Part shown: in pieces, positions 1-19,483 of the stretch
Layout: each line of letters begins with the position of its first letter
Position numbering within the stretch: the stretch's first letter is position 1
Position numbers and translations under genes: made by a program
The notes under the pieces: generated by a model
The model's input: only the letters and a program-made list of their open reading frames with translations
Told to the model about the DNA's origin: nothing
The model's database searches: none
Assembly (NCBI RefSeq): GCF_009914755.1
Contig: NC_060927.1
Strand: one strand, 5' to 3'
DNA from: the human T2T-CHM13v2.0 reference genome, Homo sapiens
Length of the DNA stretch: 64,000 nt

Positions 1-620
1 TTTAGACATGTCTGGCAGGAAGGTCAGCTCAAAATGTGGCATGACAAAGAATATGTGCTCTACTACCAAAACCTTTCCTAGCAAAACAAGGCCAGAAGAG
101 GGAGCAAGCATCTTTCCAAGCATGGAGAGGAGGGGGCAATGGTGGAAGGGTGATTGCCTGAAATCAGTGCCAGTACAGATAGCATAAAATTGGGGGCCAC
201 CACAGATTGGCTGGCTACTGTGTAGATCATTTAGTAATCTTGAGGTACATTAATAATGCAGAGATTACTTTTCTGTGAGGGTAAGGGGGACGTAGCTAAA
301 TATAAGAAGCTTACAAGGTCCATAGCCATGTATTTTACTGGATAAATCACAATGCTTTGCAATAACTTAATGTCATAGTACTTTCTGGCTTATAATTCTG
401 CAAAGTAAAGCACTTTTTCAAAGGAGTCTATTGGAAAGCCACATGATTTCAGCTGTGTTTTAAGCTCTACAAATACGTTTCCAAAGACATAATCAAGATG
501 TAATTCTATTCATTACAAATATAAATATTAAAACTATCCATAGAGACATTTAAGTAATTAAAACAGATTTTTATGCTTTAAAAATAAATACTCTAATAAA
601 TGATATAAAATATAATGCTT
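1..620 (+). other. ARHGAP31: Probable distal 3' UTR / polyadenylation region of the upstream gene ARHGAP31
   Basis: AT-rich unique sequence with AGTAAA (404-409) and AATAAA (583-588, 595-600). Gene identity rests only on recalled human synteny (ARHGAP31-TMEM39A-POGLUT1); no ARHGAP31 coding sequence is in the window. Confidence 0.45.
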
Positions 621-1834
621 ATGATGGAACTATGAGCTAGAGGAGGACATGGGGTCACCAAAATCAATAATCAGAAAAGTAGATTATATGCACCAGGTTC
701 ATTGTTTTAGTTTGTTCTGTTTGATGTCATTTTTTGTTACTTCAATGTTTGATCTCACAGAAAAAGTCCGTGATGATTTGCTTCAGTATATTTTTCTTGT
801 TTTTGTTATTTTACGTACTAATAATTGCCAGATGTCTGCAACTTCACCCTTTTACTGTTGCAGACACATAGTCATGTCACTCAGGAAACCCCGCGTAAGT
901 CCAGGCTATCATAATGAAAAATGAGAAGAATAAAAGCTCATTGCTTCTCAAAACTCCACAGCTTATGGAGGCACATGGGTCCACCTGCACAGATGTGAAC
1001 TCAACTTTTCTATTACTTGAATCAATCAAAGGGGACTCTTCTTTTATTTGAGTAATTATGTTAATGATGCTCTAGGGGGAAAGGCAAACATTTGTTGTCC
1101 TGGCATATATCCTGTTATATATATGACCACAAAGGTGGGGAGGGGGAGGTGAACAATCCTACAACCTAGGTTCACAACCTAGTGATATTTGCAGTGAAAC
1201 ATTTGTAGTGATATTTCCCCTTTCATTGCCAAGGGGAAGAAAACACTACCATTTTGGCAACAACTTTCTATTTAGAACCTTACACTACTCAGGCCTGCTC
1301 CTGCTATCCTTCACTACTGCCCTAAATGCCTTTTTCTCCTATATACTCCCCGATCCGCACACTCTTTGGTTTTTCTCCTGAACTTCCCCCAACCCCAGTC
1401 CAACACACAGTTCCCCTCACTTCCAGTCTTTCCCATGTTCTCTGGAGTCACTTTCTCCTTATAAACTCCCCTGCAGTCCCAGTCTCTTCACTGAATGTTG
1501 TTGCCACTTCCTGGACTTCAAGAAAACTCGTGTGAGAACACTTCCTTCCCTCCACAAAAGGCTGAACATGTGCCCATGCGCCCATATTATGCAGACTTGT
1601 ACGAACGGTCAGAGGATGTTCTCCCAGGTCCTCACTTCTACTTCTGCACCATTGTTTCTTCCCATCCCATACAAAAATCCCTCATTACCAAAATGTATGG
1701 ATCCAACTATTTTAACTTTTATCATTTGTGGCCATGGTTATAGTTAATGTCCCAGATTCCCCAGTCTTGGGTACCAATCTCCCTGTTTCCTTCTACCTCA
1801 TGTCCCACCATCATCCTGGATGACTTCAGTGTTC

Positions 1835-1914
1835 TAGAGGAAAGCCCACCCAATACCCTTGCCATAATTGCTTATAGAGGAAAGCCCACCCAATACCCTT
1901 GCCATAATTGCTTA
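1835..1914. repeat. Perfect 2 x 40-bp tandem duplication
   Basis: TAGAGGAAAGCCCACCCAATACCCTTGCCATAATTGCTTA at 1835-1874 and 1875-1914. Confidence 0.95.
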
Positions 1915-3056
1915 CAGCTTTTTCCCTCTACTCAGTTTTGAACATTTGCTTCTAGGGTTACACATCAGGCTATTTCACAATAGAGAATTTTGTGATCCTA
2001 AATTCTCATTTTCCTTTTTCAGAACTTTCTCTAGCCTTACTACTTTATTCCTTGTATTTGTGCAAGATTACCATGCCTGCCCCCACAACCTCCTCTGATA
2101 GACAGCACTCCCACCACACTTCATAATTCCTTCCCTAGCCTTTCCAGACTTAAGGTGCATCATCCCCACTGTTCTCACCAGGACCATTAACTCCCTTAAC
2201 CACTAGTCCTTTAGCCACACCTGCTTGACAAACCTCCAACCTGGAATCTGGACTCTTATCACACATCTCTGCCCTTTAACTGTGTCTATGGGTTAGATCA
2301 GAGAAAATAATAAAACCACAATATAAAAGCTTTTAGATATTTGTGGTCCACCACCCCAAGAGCAGCCTCATTTCCAAAATCTTCAATGGCTATTCCACAA
2401 CCCACAATGGCTATTCCACTATTCTTGACTCTCTCCTAGACAACTCTTTCTTCCCCACAAATAATTGTTATTGCTTCATAAGTTTATAATATCAGACATC
2501 TTTATTCAAGCTCCCACTGCTATTTCCCCTTACCTGTATATGTGTGTACCTAACCTCCCTTCTAGTTCAGAGGAAGTGTTACCCCTCTTTCCAAGAGCTC
2601 CCAGGCTTCTGTGTTCCCAGTCTCCTGTAATCCACTATTCTTCCCTATGTATTGAGCCTTGCCCTCTTTGATCTTTAATCCCTCAGCATATAAACATGCC
2701 AAAGCCTATTCTATCTTAAACAAAAGTCTTCCTCAATTCTGTCCACTTTTATCACCTTGTGTCTAGGTTCTTGGAAGAGTCATCAGTGTCATCAATGCTC
2801 AATTTCTACTTCTTCATTACAATTCACTATTCTGGACCAATGGCAGCCTGACCTCGGCCCGCATAGCTCCGCTAAAATTTCTCTTGCTAACGTCACCAAT
2901 AGTCTAATATCCAAATCCAACATTCACTTCTCAGTCTCTAGACTTCCCTGTTATATGTGATCCTATTGATCATTCCTCTTTTGAAACTTTCTGCTTTGCC
3001 TCCTTCCATGGCCATTCATTTTCTTAGCTTTGTTCACTTAAAAGTTTCCTCTTCCT

Positions 3057-3310
3057 GGCCAGGCACTGTGGCTCATGCCTGCAATCCCAGCACTTTGGGA
3101 GGCCAAGGCAAGAGGATTGTTTCAGCCCAGGAATTCAAGACCAGCCTGGGCAACTCAGGAAGACCCCATCTCTACAAAAAACAAAAACAAACAAACAAAC
3201 AAACAAAAAATTAGCTGGGCGTGGTGGCGCATGCCTGTAGTCCCAGGTACTCAGGAGGCTGAGGTAGGAGAATCACCTGAGCCTGGGCAATAGAACAAGA
3301 CTCTGTCTCC
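3057..3310 (+). mobile_element. Alu (AluJ-like, right arm partly deleted)
   Basis: GGCCAGGCAC..GTGGCTCATGCCTG start, A-rich linker, shortened right arm. Confidence 0.9.
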
Positions 3311-3454
3311 CTAAAACAAGTTTCCTTAAAAGCTATTATTTGCCAGAATTCTGTCCTTCTTTCCCTTTTCACTTCATATGCTTTCCCTGCACTATCTTAT
3401 TTATGCCCATAGCTGCTTCTACCACCCTCACACTGGTGACCCACCTCACCACTA

Positions 3455-8520
<5,066 letters not shown>

Positions 8521-8664
8521 TGATCAGTTAAGTGATGCTGATGCTGCTGATCTAGAGATTACTTTGGGAACTAGAAACCAGTGGATCATAAGTTATTCTT
8601 AGCTTATAATCTTTCATTAGCTGTCTTCTGTCTACAAAAGTTCCAAGACATCTGTCTGCTTATT

Positions 8665-11600
8665 TGAAGTACTTATGAAAAGAGCACTTTATTGGGCTTC
8701 ACACTCAAGATTGTTAATAGATCTGATATCTATTACGTATCTCATACATATTTCTGTTAATGAACACCCTAGTGTGACAACTGGTTTACTTGTCTGTCTT
8801 CTATTAGTTAATGAACTCGAACATCACTATCTCCGGCACCCAGCAGTGTTTGGCATATAATTGCCCAGTACATAGAAATGAGATGCCTGGCTAGCTTAAT
8901 AGAAATAAAAAAATTAATTAAAAAAAAGAGAGAGAAACGGCACAACAGGTGGCAGTGGTGGTGACTGATAGGGACAGGAAGGAAAGGAGGATTAGGAATA
9001 TAAACATGGAATCAGAGTAAACAGGATATTGAGGAAAACTTCTGTCATGCTCATTCCTGTGAACTACCCTCCTCTACTCCTTTATTTACCCACCTTAGAC
9101 CACCCAGACTAGTCAAGTATCTTCTTTCCTTTTCCAGTATCCCAGTTCACCCAACTGAACTTTTGCTATACCATGCTTTCCACAAACAATTTTAACTTGC
9201 CAACAAAGAATTACAAAAAAGGTCATTCTTTAATGATTACACATTTTTCTACTATCAGTGAGCAAATATAGTGTCCCTTCTGTTACATGAACTATAATAG
9301 GATATCCGGGTAACTAGTAATTTTTCTCTCTTCCATGAACGTGGCCCCTACAAAAACAAAACAACAAAACAAACAAACAAAAAACAGCTGGAATGTGTAG
9401 AACACGTTGAACTAAACGGTCTTATGCCCCGTATGCTGCCATATCTGGAGGTGAGGGTAGGAGGAACTTTGCAATTCCATTAGCCAAAATTAATTTTTAT
9501 TTATTTCTTATATCCACTTACTTATTTAGCCAAGCCAGCATCTGGTTCTGTGCTATTCCCTTAGGATAGGACCAAGACAGATCAAGCCAGAAGGGGCATC
9601 ATATTAGTTCATAAGACTGGTCTGTTATCTCTAATCAGGGTTTTCTGGGTTACTTTCCCAAGCTGGAGCCAAGTTGGGGCAATTTTGATGAGATATCTCT
9701 GTGCCCATGCCACCCATTTTGCTCTCAACTGCTGAGTAATCTCATGAAAATGTTGCTGCCAAGAGAAGCATATTTTCAAGATCCTACAGAAAGAATAGAA
9801 AGATGGCAGATTCCCTACCCTTCCCACCCCTACCTCAAGAACCACTATATTTAGGCTGAACTACTTTAAAAAGCAACTAACCTAATATATTTTCTTGCTA
9901 TTCTTCCAATATACCAACTTGTCCCCACCTCAGGGCACTGCCCTTTCTGCTACTGTAACATGGAATTCTCCCCAAAGCTATTTATATGATTCAGTCTTGC
10001 TTTTTCTTTGCTTAAAAATCATCTCCTCAAAGATGCCTTCTAGCAGTGCTATTCTTACCACTATTTCCTTGTCCTGATTTCCCTTTGCTACACTTATCAC
10101 TACTACCAGGGAATGTTATATTACACATAAATTTATTTGCTGTATTTTCTGCACCACCTAACTCCCCCACCCCCACGCATATTGTAAGCTCTGTGCAAGT
10201 AGGACCTTTGCATTTCTCATTCACTGCTATATCCCCAGGGCCTAATATAGTGCCTACTGGTTAATATATATTTGTTGAATGGTTGAACAGACTCAGACTG
10301 AATGCCAAATAATGTTAACTTAAAAAAAAAGTATACACATCAAAATATTTAAAGAAACAATTATTGATTTAAACATAAAACTGATATTGGGTACCTTGGT
10401 TTTACAAACACTCCTCACAATACTTCCCCTTGGTGAAGCCTTTCAGGAACTCTTCTGCAAGAATTATTTTCAGAGCCAGCTTGTCAACGACATGATTGGT
10501 CTTTTTACTTCATAAGTCTTATTTTGTTTCACCAAAAGCTTCACAGTGTAACAAACCAAACTCAGCACAGAAAACATATGACAATATATTTTAGATTCTC
10601 TAAGACAAGGTCTCATAAGTTTAGATGACAAGTGACAACATCAATGGACTAAGTATATCACCTCCCATAACTTAAAAGGCTAATACTCATAAACATGAAA
10701 GTTCTGGAGTATGAAATTTAAAACACAAATTTTGGATATAAATTATCTGAGTACAAAGCTGTAGGTAATTCTTATCTTTCACTTCCCCTCATAACTCCAA
10801 ACATAACGCCATTGTAGGTGGGTTGCTGCTAGACTACATCCAAGATTGTTCAGCTGAGGACTTGCCCACTCTCCCAGTTACTTGGAATTTTCAACCTTCC
10901 CATACTCTAGCCCACATGGCATTTGCACTCAGCTTCTCCTACTGATCCAGCCACACATCATCTTCTTCATGAATGTGGGCAGTCTAAAGACTTCCTGTCT
11001 GGCAAAGTATTATTTCAAACAACTAAGAGGAAAATCTTTGGAAGCAGAAGTGGAAACACAGGAAAAGTGGCAGCAAAACCCTCAGCCTCAGGATAGTAGC
11101 TTATTCAAAAGTATATTTAAATGTCACAGGGTAAAATAGACCAGCTGAGTCCGTATCTTAGAAAGGAAGCCTACTGCTTTCTCCTGGTAGGCAACAAAGA
11201 GAACCCCACCTAGGACTTTAACCCACTCTTTTCCCAATGTATTCCAATACTATTAGCCAGCTGAACTAAAAGAGAATGGGTGCTGGTAGGCAACTCCATT
11301 GATCTCCCTTTCTTTAGCAATAAGTACTGGCCAGCTGAGGGCTAAAGATAATGAGGATTGAAAGAAAAGCAGACATACCAAAGGTACTGTGTCAAGTAAT
11401 ACATGAGATGTGTTCATAAACGAATGAGTTATTCCAGAGCCATACAAACAAATCAATCTCTTTACTGGACAGGCATACCTCTCATATGTATATTATTCGA
11501 ATATACTAACACATGAAAGATCACATCACCTTGTTTACGGATACATTTAATATCCCTTACTCTTCCCGACTTTCAAAACATAATAGTATACAAAATATAA

Positions 11601-11691
11601 AATATCTTAAATATTTATAAAAATCACAAGAAAAAAATAGAACGTATGAAAATATTTTTATCTGAGTTCTCCCTCATTGTTGAGAGGCAGC
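8665..11691 (-). other. TMEM39A: TMEM39A 3' UTR (long form, about 3 kb), with alternative poly(A) signals
   Basis: Follows the TAA stop. Minus-strand ATTAAA at 11546-11551 and AATAAA at about 10132, 9496, 9081 and 8688-8693. The distal end is inferred. Confidence 0.6.
9880..10290 (+). mobile_element. L2 3' end inside the TMEM39A 3' UTR
   Basis: Typical L2 terminus: TCACTGCTATATCCCCAGGGCCTAATATAGTGCCT...ATATTTGTTGAATG. Confidence 0.7.
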
Positions 11692-11952
<261 letters not shown>

Positions 11953-12984
11953 TTATTTCATAGAAAAGTAATGGCTACAGTTATTCTTGCATTGATTTTT
12001 CTAAAATAATTTAACATTTACAGGTTCCCATATATAATAATAAATAGATCTGTTTATTTAATATCAATCAGGCTATTTCTTGCTATAAAGATTGAAACCT
12101 TTTCCTTTTTGCTCAAGAAATAATGAAATAATTTTTATTTCAATGCCCCTGAGACACGAAAAGAGATTATGCCCAAAAGAAAACTACTTATAAACATTTT
12201 TCTTAGATTATATTTTAGGTATATATTTTATTTAGGATAAACACAAAAGTATATTCATCTAAGACAGAGGTGGATAAAGGACCAAACAGGAAATATTTTA
12301 GGCTTTGTAAGTCAAGAGGCAAAAATTAAGGATATTACATAGGTACTTATGTAACCATTTAAAAATGTAAAAAACATTCTTGGCTTGTAAACTAAGACAT
12401 AAATACCAACACTAGACAAGTTTGGGGAAAAGAGAGGTTACAAGTCAAATATGAATACAATAGTTTCTTAGTTTTTCCTTAAACTGTTTACCCACCATGG
12501 TCACTGACTGAAATCCTCTACACCATATACCTGTGTGTTTAATTACTGATTTTTTTCTGGATATTGAGAAGCAGGGTGCACAAAGACAGGATAAGGAGGA
12601 AGGAAGGAAAAATGAGTCAGAATTAGACTAAAAATAGGGATTACTACTATATTTACTCCCACTAAATTCTCCACTTTAAAAGGCTAAATTCTGGTTTTCT
12701 AATACAAAGTTATTATGAATACAAACATATAGGCCACAAGTTGTAAAAGAACATTAACAATTCAGCTTAACCAGTCTAATCCTAAATCTAGATGAAGACA
12801 AGAGTGCAGTAACAGCAGTGATCAGATCTAAAATAACTAATTTAGATGGAATTTAGATCTTAAGAGCTTACACCTCAGAATGAAGCCAAATTATCATGAC
12901 AGCTTTAAAAAGTTTCCAGGTTCAAGAGGAAGAAAATGTTTAACCTGGAGTTTGACAGCTATAGGTAATAGGCACACTTTAAAT

Positions 12985-13170
12985 GACTGTTTTGAAACTT
13001 CAGTGTGCCTAAGAATCATTTCCAAATCCACAAATGCTGCCAATTCCTGGGATCATCCAGAGATTCTGGTTCAGAAGTCTGATATAGGGGCCCTGAATCA
13101 CTTTTTAAAAATAGTGGGCCAGGTGATTTATCAGCAGGTGGCCCATGGATCACTTGGAGAAGCACTGATT
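12985..13170. mobile_element. MER5-family hAT-Charlie MITE
   Basis: AGAATCA...GATTCTGGTTCAGAAGTCTG...CTTGGAGAAGCACTG pattern. Confidence 0.6.
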
Positions 13171-14376
13171 TAACTGTCTATCCAGTCCTGCAAAATCAGT
13201 AATAAATCAACTTGCCTAATCTTTTTTCCATAGATTCCACCCGATTTTTCAGCTGTCCAAAGCTAGCAAGGAAACTACTTAATTTTCAAGCAGAAAATTC
13301 TAATGAACTATTTCGCTATCACAGGTCTCAAGGAGACAGCAAGGACCAACAGAAGTCATTAATGGCCTAGAGAATTCAGCTGGCTGAATTAAATATTCTA
13401 TATAGAAATCAAGTGCTCATGTACTTGTGACTTAAGTCCTTTCCTCCACCTTAAGGCATTTCCACTGGCGTCAAGAAGGAGATGCTTGTCGTTTTCTCAC
13501 TCAAGGGCTTTCCACCTTCCCCATGTTCCTCCCAATCTGCCCCACCCTGCATTCCCCTACCATGGTATTTATAAGCATCATGCCCAGGGGCAAGTTCCCA
13601 AAACTTAATTGAAGTGTCCCTCAATAACAAACACCTGCAGAACCAGAAAGTCCATATACCCTCACAGGAACTGAGAAGGACAGAGGGAGAAAGAGATGCA
13701 AGTATCTTAAAAAAGATCTCCAATTCTTGTTTAGAATATGATCCCCTTTCAAAAGCAATGCACTGCACTATAGGCATTTTTACTATAAACAGTCCCCTGC
13801 AGGCACCTACTTTTCCCCACTTGCATTAGTCAGCTGGCCTTTCTTTTATAAGTATATACTTTTGCCTTGTACAGACAATTTCTGGAAGGCTGAAAGACCA
13901 AATAGATCATAACCGAAGGCATGAGTTCAATGGAATGTAGTGGGTTTCTATTGCTTTTTCCTTTTTTAACTTTTAAGCTTTTTTCCTTTTCATGGCATTT
14001 GTCTGACTTCCAAAGGGGAAGCTAAAGCCTTTGTAAAGAAACAATATATATGACAAATACCTAAAAATAAAACCACCGCACTATTAATATATTAAATGTC
14101 ACTATGGATACACAGATACAATATATCTTAACAATACCACTAAACCAAACTCTTACAAAACAAAAATGGTAAGATGAAAAAGGAGTCTTAGATAACTGCC
14201 TGCTTGTTTCAAGTAATACTAGATTCGACAAATACCAATGTAACTAGAGAAACCAGCTAAGCTACTGAAACTGGAATAACAGTATATGATCTTCAAACTG
14301 CCCTTCAAAAGACATTTCCAAAGTACAGGGACCACTGTTACGCTAGTAGCAATAATTACCATGTAATAATTTCCTA

Positions 14377-14616
<240 letters not shown>

Positions 14617-16501
14617 TTAGCATATTGGCAATTACAGATAAGATAGCATCTGGCAAGGCCAGCTGTATTTTTATGGAAGGAATTAAATAATCAAGGCTTC
14701 ATCTGCCTGAATTCTGAAAATACAGTAATTCCATGGTCAAACTGGAGTAGTTTTAGAAAGGATTTGTTACTTTAACTTCATTGCTATATAGTAAACAGAG
14801 GTTGCAAAGAAATATAGTTAACTCAGTGTCAAAGGACTTAAGAGGCTTAGAAGAATGAGCAGACATAAATGTGTAAGCCAGAAAACAGTGTGTAAGCAGG
14901 GTGACTGTCATCTCCATCCCAAGTGAGCAGAGTCTACTGGTGGAAATGCTAGAGGGAACAAACAAGAAGAGAAAGCTGATGGTAATAAGAATAGTGGAGA
15001 AATTAGCACATTGTCAATCTAGCATGACATTTACTGCAGAATTACATCCCAAAAAACTATAGGAAATCAGTTTGCTTATCACACAATTCAAATACCTCAC
15101 AACTGTAAGAAGATATACAGTAGAACACAGCGATACATCTCACACACACACACAGACTTTTCACTGCTTTCATGGTTTATTTTTATAGAGGTTTCTCTGG
15201 GGGAAAAGAAGTTACAGAAGCAGCAGCTTCATTCTTTCCAGCATAATGGAGTTTGGGTGGGGACAGGGATCTTCAGGTTAAGCTTTTTAAAAAAAAAAAA
15301 AAAAATCTAAGTTAATTCATCTCTTCCTGATTTTGGAAAGGTTAGTTTCCTAGGATAAGAACTGGGAGGCAGTTTAGATATGTTATTAAAAAAAAAAAAA
15401 AAAATTCTAGCACCCTAAAGCTTTCCCAGTTCAGAAAATGTTCCACCGGCCTTGCTCACACTTACCAGCATTAAAGTGATGATACACCTCATGGCCATGT
15501 GCCATCAGTAGCCTGAAGATGTACAGTACTAGTACTGTGGATTGTATTTTCAATTTTTATTGAAATCTGTCCTTTGCCCACAGTCGGGTTTCTTTTCAGC
15601 CTGGCCCAATCTCTTTCAGTTCCTGGGCTTGAAGGCCTGTGCTAATCTGTATCAGACATCAAGGCAGATAATTGAAGGGAGAACTCTCAGGGGGAGAGGG
15701 AAAGGGAAGGTCACCTCAATCTGTCCCACTTAACTAGGGAAAAATTTCTAGATGAAATTTGTGAAATGTTCAAATTACAAAAGGGGGAAGATGAAGATGG
15801 TTTGGGTCTGAAAGAAAAGTATGATGAAGGACTCAGAAGTGACAGAATAAAACGGTCCTAATGTTAGCCATTTTGGATCATAGGAGCCATGTGGAGTAAT
15901 GACTGATAAGGGGGACACAATGAGAAAAATTCTTCCAAAGAACTCAGTCAGGCACAGTTCTCACTTAAACACAGGAGAAGCAGGGAAATATTCAGTAGAG
16001 AGTTTAGAAAGAAAATAATAGTAAAAAAGTACAGGTAAGGAAAATTACTAGAACAAAACTGCATGTATTAGAAAGAAAAAATGAGAGAATCATATTCCAG
16101 CTAAGTGTGAGATGAATAGCTAGCAACTACTCAGCTGTGGCAATGAAGATGAGAAGACAAATCTTAAAGTCTTCTAAAAAGAAATAAAATATATGACTCT
16201 TTGAATTCGGGCAAAGGGGTAAGATTGAAAGAGAACGCCAAGTGCATTGCTTGGGAGACAAATTACACACACTAGAGTGACTGGGCAGCTGAAAGGTAGA
16301 ACGCATTTAAGGAGCTGGGGTGGTGGTGGAAATGAGTTAATGTCCCTTGTATTCAGTTTAGCATGATGACAAGCATCCATGTAAGACAAAAACTAAAAAT
16401 TAAATGTTCAAAGCCAAGAACAAGAATGACATACAAAGCAAATAAACATGATCAGCAGCATGTAGAAAGTGTTACATGGTTTTACCCTCTAGCTTACTCA
16501 C

Positions 16502-16689
16502 ATGTGCTGTGGAGCATTGCTGTAGGACCCATGTTCCAACTTCTGCCACTTGCCCAGGTGAGCAGCTGATTTATGTAGCAAATCACAGTATTTGGATGGC
16601 AACAGTTGCGTGGTGAGCATGACAAAAGCATTGATCCACACCATAATGAGGTGCTCACATGACCAGCGCATGTCATAGTACTGGGTACT
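16502..16689 (-). CDS. TMEM39A: TMEM39A exon 7 ([13 protein letters not shown]...NAPQH)
   Basis: TTCCAG acceptor, AT|GTGAGT donor, 188 nt. Confidence 0.97.
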
Positions 16690-17465
16690 CTGGAAGAGAT
16701 CAGAAGAGAGAGAAATGATCCATGCACTGGTAAAAAGAGGCAGGGATGGGTTGGTGTACATATGCCCTGCAGACAAATGCCACACTGAGTCACACATGCA
16801 CTGGTGGTCCTGCTGTCCGTGCAGAAAAGTTCAAGAGCAGAGTCCTCCACAATCCTTCAACCTGACTTTCTGGCTGTATGAGTTAGGGATGGGAGGGAGA
16901 GGCAATTATATTTTAAGTGTCTCCTTTCTAGAAGAACTGAGTGTTCTCTGAAGGACCATTCCAGCTGCAGAAGTACTTCTGAATGGGTGAAGAAAGGGCA
17001 CTAAAATGTACCAAAAGATTTTGGGCCCAAGTGACATCCAGACCATTTTTCTTTTCTATTAAAGTAAACTGAAGTTTAGATAAGGGCTAGATTAAATTCA
17101 AGGAAACTCCTGATAACCATGTTAAGATCAACCACAGTAGGCTGAGTTTTACTGAAACCTTGGTCCTCTTAAGCTACTACATACTGATTCTATTATAAGT
17201 ACATTTTGATTCTCCCCAGAAACTAAAAATACTTAAAAAAAAAAAAAAAAAGAAAAAAAGAGGGAACCACCACGGGTGCATCACATATATGGAAATACCT
17301 ATCCGCCAACCAGGAGCGGTATTAGTGCACTCCAGATGCAGCCGAACTCCACCATCCAGGCTGCCAAAGGGGAGACAGAGAAAAGGGGGATTAAACAAGA
17401 AATACCCAGTTTATGTAATTCACACACAAATCCAGGAAGCACATAAAAGTAAGATAACCACTTAC

Positions 17466-17814
17466 CTTCACAAAACACAGGGGGAGAAATGCAACATAGT
17501 AGGCACTGAAGAGGGAGTTGAAGAGAACCTCCTTGATTCTGTGGTTGAAATCTGCTTTCAGACATTCTACTTCATTGCGAATGAGGTCTGGAGATAGGGG
17601 ACAACTGTGGGTGGGGATGGGTGTGGCATTATTAAACTGTTCTTTTAGCGACTCCAGCAACAAGGAGAGAAAGTCTTTGGATTTGGCCAAGCCTCCCACA
17701 GTCGAGGCACTTTCCTCTACTGCCTCGTGCTGAACCACATAGTTGTAGTCTGTGAGAAGAAGATGTGCTCTACTATCTTGATGAAAACAGCAAAGAGGAA
17801 CATAAACACCAAAC
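17466..17814 (-). CDS. TMEM39A: TMEM39A exon 6 (FGVYVPLCC...LPLCFVK)
   Basis: TTACAG acceptor, AAG|GTAAGT donor, 349 nt. Confidence 0.97.
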
Positions 17815-19009
17815 CTGTAAAACAAAGTGTGAAAATGAGACCACAGATACCACCTAAAATCACACCTTATAACTTACGTCAATATAACTTATAACTTAGG
17901 TCAATAAAATAGTCAGGACCCGCAGGAGTAAACATAACTCAAGAGGGACATTGCTGATAGTAAATTCATTATCTGGGGAGCTCTTCAATTTCTTTCCATA
18001 AGAGCAGTGCACATTCATTGTAGATTATTAAGAACCTACAGAAAAACCACAATGGCAAAACACACATCACTTAGCAATAATCATTTTTATAACTAGATGC
18101 ACATATTTCCAATATAAAGTTTGTAAACTTTGTATTATAGTTACATATGCTTTTTTCCTTTTGTGTTTGGCTTCATACAGTACCATGTGTTTTGTATCCT
18201 GCTGTTTAAACTTTGTATGTGTGCATGTGTGTATATTGAGTATTTTCCCTGTGTAGTGAGTATTTTCTCAAGTCTAAATATTTTTCTATAGAAATTTTTA
18301 AAGATACAATAGTATTCTCATATAGAAATACCATAATTTACCCATTTCTCTCTTGTTGGAAACAGGCTGTTTCTTATTTTCCACTACTATAAATAACAAT
18401 GTGATAAGGATTTTCCCAATACGTGTGTACGTTTGGTCATTTTAGTACAGCTTGTTCTTTACTTCAAATGTCCCTTTCTTAGTAGGGGGCCCTCCTGCCT
18501 CCCTACTGTATCACCCATCCCACTCCCACAGGCGACCCTTCTTCTCCTTTCCTGCTTATTTTTCTCCACAGATCTTACCATGTTTATTCGATTTTTAACT
18601 TTGGGGGTAGTTTTGTTTGTTTTCTTTCTTAGTCAATCTTCCCTTCACTACAATTTAAGCTCTATGAACCAGAGATTTCAACGTAATTAATTCACTGCTG
18701 TAACTCTGGTACCTCAGATAGTGGCTGTAACACTGTTTAAGTATGCAATAAACTTCTCATTAATAAAAAAAAATTCTGGAAGTACAAATGAATTTCTACC
18801 AGTAAAATTAATTGGTTAAAGAAGTGAACATTTTTGAGACTTCTGATAACTTCTTATAGTATTCCAACTGTTGGTTCCTTAAAATTTGTTTAAATACTTC
18901 AAGTCCTCATTAAGTAATTTCCACATTGTGACCTAGGTATTATAAATTAAATGGTCATTTCATGCACATAAATTCAGATATGAAAAATAGCAAATAAAAA
19001 GATATTTAG

Positions 19010-19308
19010 GGCCAGGGACAGTCCCTCATGCCTATAATCCCAGCACTTTGGGAGGCCAAGGCGAGCAGGTCACCTGAGGTCAGGAGTTCAAGACCAGCCT
19101 GGTCAACATGGTAAAACTCTGTCTCTACTAATAATACAAAAATTAGCTGGGTGTGGTGGCGCGCACCTGCAATCCCAGCTACTCGGAGGCTGAGGCAGGA
19201 GAATCACTTGAACCCTGGAGGTGGAGGTTGCAGTGAGCCGAGACTGCACATTGCACTCCACCCTGGGCAACAAGAGTGAAACTCCTTCTCAAAAAAAAAA
19301 AAAAAAAA
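19010..19308 (+). mobile_element. AluS
   Basis: Full length; TSD AAAAAGATATTTAG. Confidence 0.93.
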
Positions 19309-19483
19309 GATATTTAGTTATACATTTTATAACAAAATGAACAGATGACACTTATCCATAGTTTTCTACAGAGGGAGAACTGATGTTACTAATTAAGAAC
19401 ATTCTTAGCATTAGCTCTGGGATCTACTGTGAATGTGCCCTTGGGAGGACAAGAGTGGGTAGAAGTAGAAGTATTAATTCTAA

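Larger units (their letters stand above)
1450..3440 (+). mobile_element. Degraded L2 LINE fossil, interrupted by an Alu
   Basis: Pyrimidine-rich L2-like sequence; IILDDF (ORF 1747-1941) resembles the APE endonuclease IILGDFN motif; 2900-3000 resembles the L2 RT region. Boundaries approximate. Confidence 0.55.

Noticed and set aside
1835-2419. Short direct repeats as a CRISPR-like array (also 7910-7948, 17866-17906, 48616-48682)
   Set aside because: Only two copies each, no spacer series, eukaryotic context; simple local duplications.
11470-11481. CAGGCATACCTC, identical to the Tigger1 TIR start, in the TMEM39A 3' UTR
   Set aside because: No TA TSD, partner TIR or further Tigger similarity; likely chance.
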